A stretch of DNA of 64,000 bases from Eledone cirrhosa (taxonomy: Eukaryota). The notes under the pieces are model-generated. The model had not been told where the DNA came from and did no database searches. It saw only the letters and a program-made list of their open reading frames with translations. The DNA lies in contig OZ024749.1 in NCBI GenBank assembly GCA_964016885.1, forward strand, positions 21,514,001-21,578,000. Direction: 5' to 3'. The position numbers and the translations under genes are program-made. Below are positions 63,520 to 64,000 of the stretch, in pieces (positions within the stretch are counted from its first letter, which is position 1; the number at the start of each line of letters is the position of its first letter).

Positions 63520-64000
63520 CTAGGTTTAGTGTTAGGTTTAGGGGTAGGGTTAGGGCTAGTAGTATGGGTAAGTTTAAGGTTAGGGTTAAGGTTAGGGTTA
63601 GCGTTAGGGTTAGGGTTAGATTTAGCGTTAGGGTTAGGGTTAGGGTTAGGTTTAGGTTTAGGGTTAGGGTTGATGTTTAGGATTTAGGGTTTAGGGTTAG
63701 GGTTAGGGTTAGGTTTAGGGTTAAGCTTTTTTCATTTTTTCGATTTTTTCGATTTTTTCAATTTTTTAGCGTTAGGGTTAGGGGTATGGTTAGGGTTAGT
63801 GTTTAGGGTTTAGGGTTTAGGGTTATGGTTAGGGTTCGGGTTAGGGTTAGGTTTAGTGTTAGGGTTAGAGTTAGGGTTAGGGTTAGGGTTAGGGTTAGGG
63901 TTAATGTTAGTGTTACGGTTAGAGTTAGGGTTAGGGTTAGGGTTTAGAGTTAGGGTTAGGGTTACAATTTTTCATTTTTTCGATTTGTTCATTTTTCGAT
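62420..64000 (+). repeat. About 1.04 kb tandem duplication running off the window end
   Basis: GCTAGTAGTA near 62515 and 63555. AAGCTT at 62689 and 63723. Confidence 0.85.

Larger units (their letters stand above)
1..64000 (+). repeat. Composite telomere-like satellite array: degenerate (TTAGGG)n tracts alternating with T-rich (TTTTTTCGA/TTTTTTCA)n tracts, single orientation, open at both window ends
   Basis: Throughout the window the sequence is either TTAGGG and variants (TTAGTG, TTAGCG, TTAGAG, TTATGG, TTACGG, TTAAGG, TTAGGT, TTAGGA, TTTAGGG, GTAGGG) or T-run/CGA/CA tracts. No unique sequence seen. Confidence 0.98.

Noticed and set aside
251-63680. All ORFs in the six-frame track (LGLG, VRVR, NPNP, TLTL, FFDF/FRFF, Lys-rich)
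   Set aside because: They are direct translations of stop-free frames of TTAGGG/CCCTAA and the T-tracts. They are short and low-complexity, many start at GTG/TTG, they contain no recognisable domain, and they frameshift freely between copies.
1-64000. CRISPR-like repeat/spacer interpretation of the alternating tracts
   Set aside because: There is no constant-length repeat, the 'spacers' are themselves repetitive and variable in length, and there are no cas genes or leader.
1-64000. Basecalling artefact of telomeric reads as the source of variants or T-tracts
   Set aside because: Specific variant strings recur near-identically in copies 1-40 kb apart, which random error would not produce. 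Exact copy numbers could still be misassembled.
1-64000. Telomere-telomere fusion site
   Set aside because: No head-to-head TTAGGG/CCCTAA switch was seen.
1-64000. Intact telomeric retrotransposon (SART/TRAS, Penelope-like, HeT-A/TART) or Y'-like helicase element
   Set aside because: There is no RT, endonuclease, gag or helicase coding sequence and no unique UTR. T-tracts are punctuated rather than pure poly(T).
1-64000. Species or lineage assignment
   Set aside because: TTAGGG is shared by many animals, fungi, protists and some plants and algae, so nothing here is diagnostic.

Overview
The whole 64 kb window is one non-coding, eukaryotic-type composite satellite. Degenerate telomeric (TTAGGG)n tracts (about 0.03-1.6 kb, with many single-base variants and interspersed TTTAGGG) alternate with T-rich tracts (about 20-350 bp) built from T4-8 runs punctuated by CGA/CA/CAA (consensus about TTTTTTCGA / TTTTTTCA). 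By eye there are roughly 100 or more alternations. Every tract has the same polarity (G/T-rich on +); I saw no CCCTAA, inversion or unique sequence. The modules are organised into nested higher-order repeats: about 0.41, 1.04, 1.1, 1.3, 1.49, 1.53, 1.85, 2.4, 5 and 6.3 kb, plus a 37-40 kb super-period. I can support no gene, RNA gene, transposon ORF or CRISPR array; all listed ORFs are translations of the repeats. Organism and chromosomal position (terminal, subtelomeric, interstitial or centromeric) cannot be determined from the window. Most interesting: the strict two-component architecture with stereotyped junctions, and perfect TTAGGG runs sitting at rearrangement junctions. Coordinates and periods were read by eye or taken from ORF-track offsets, and boundaries are approximate.
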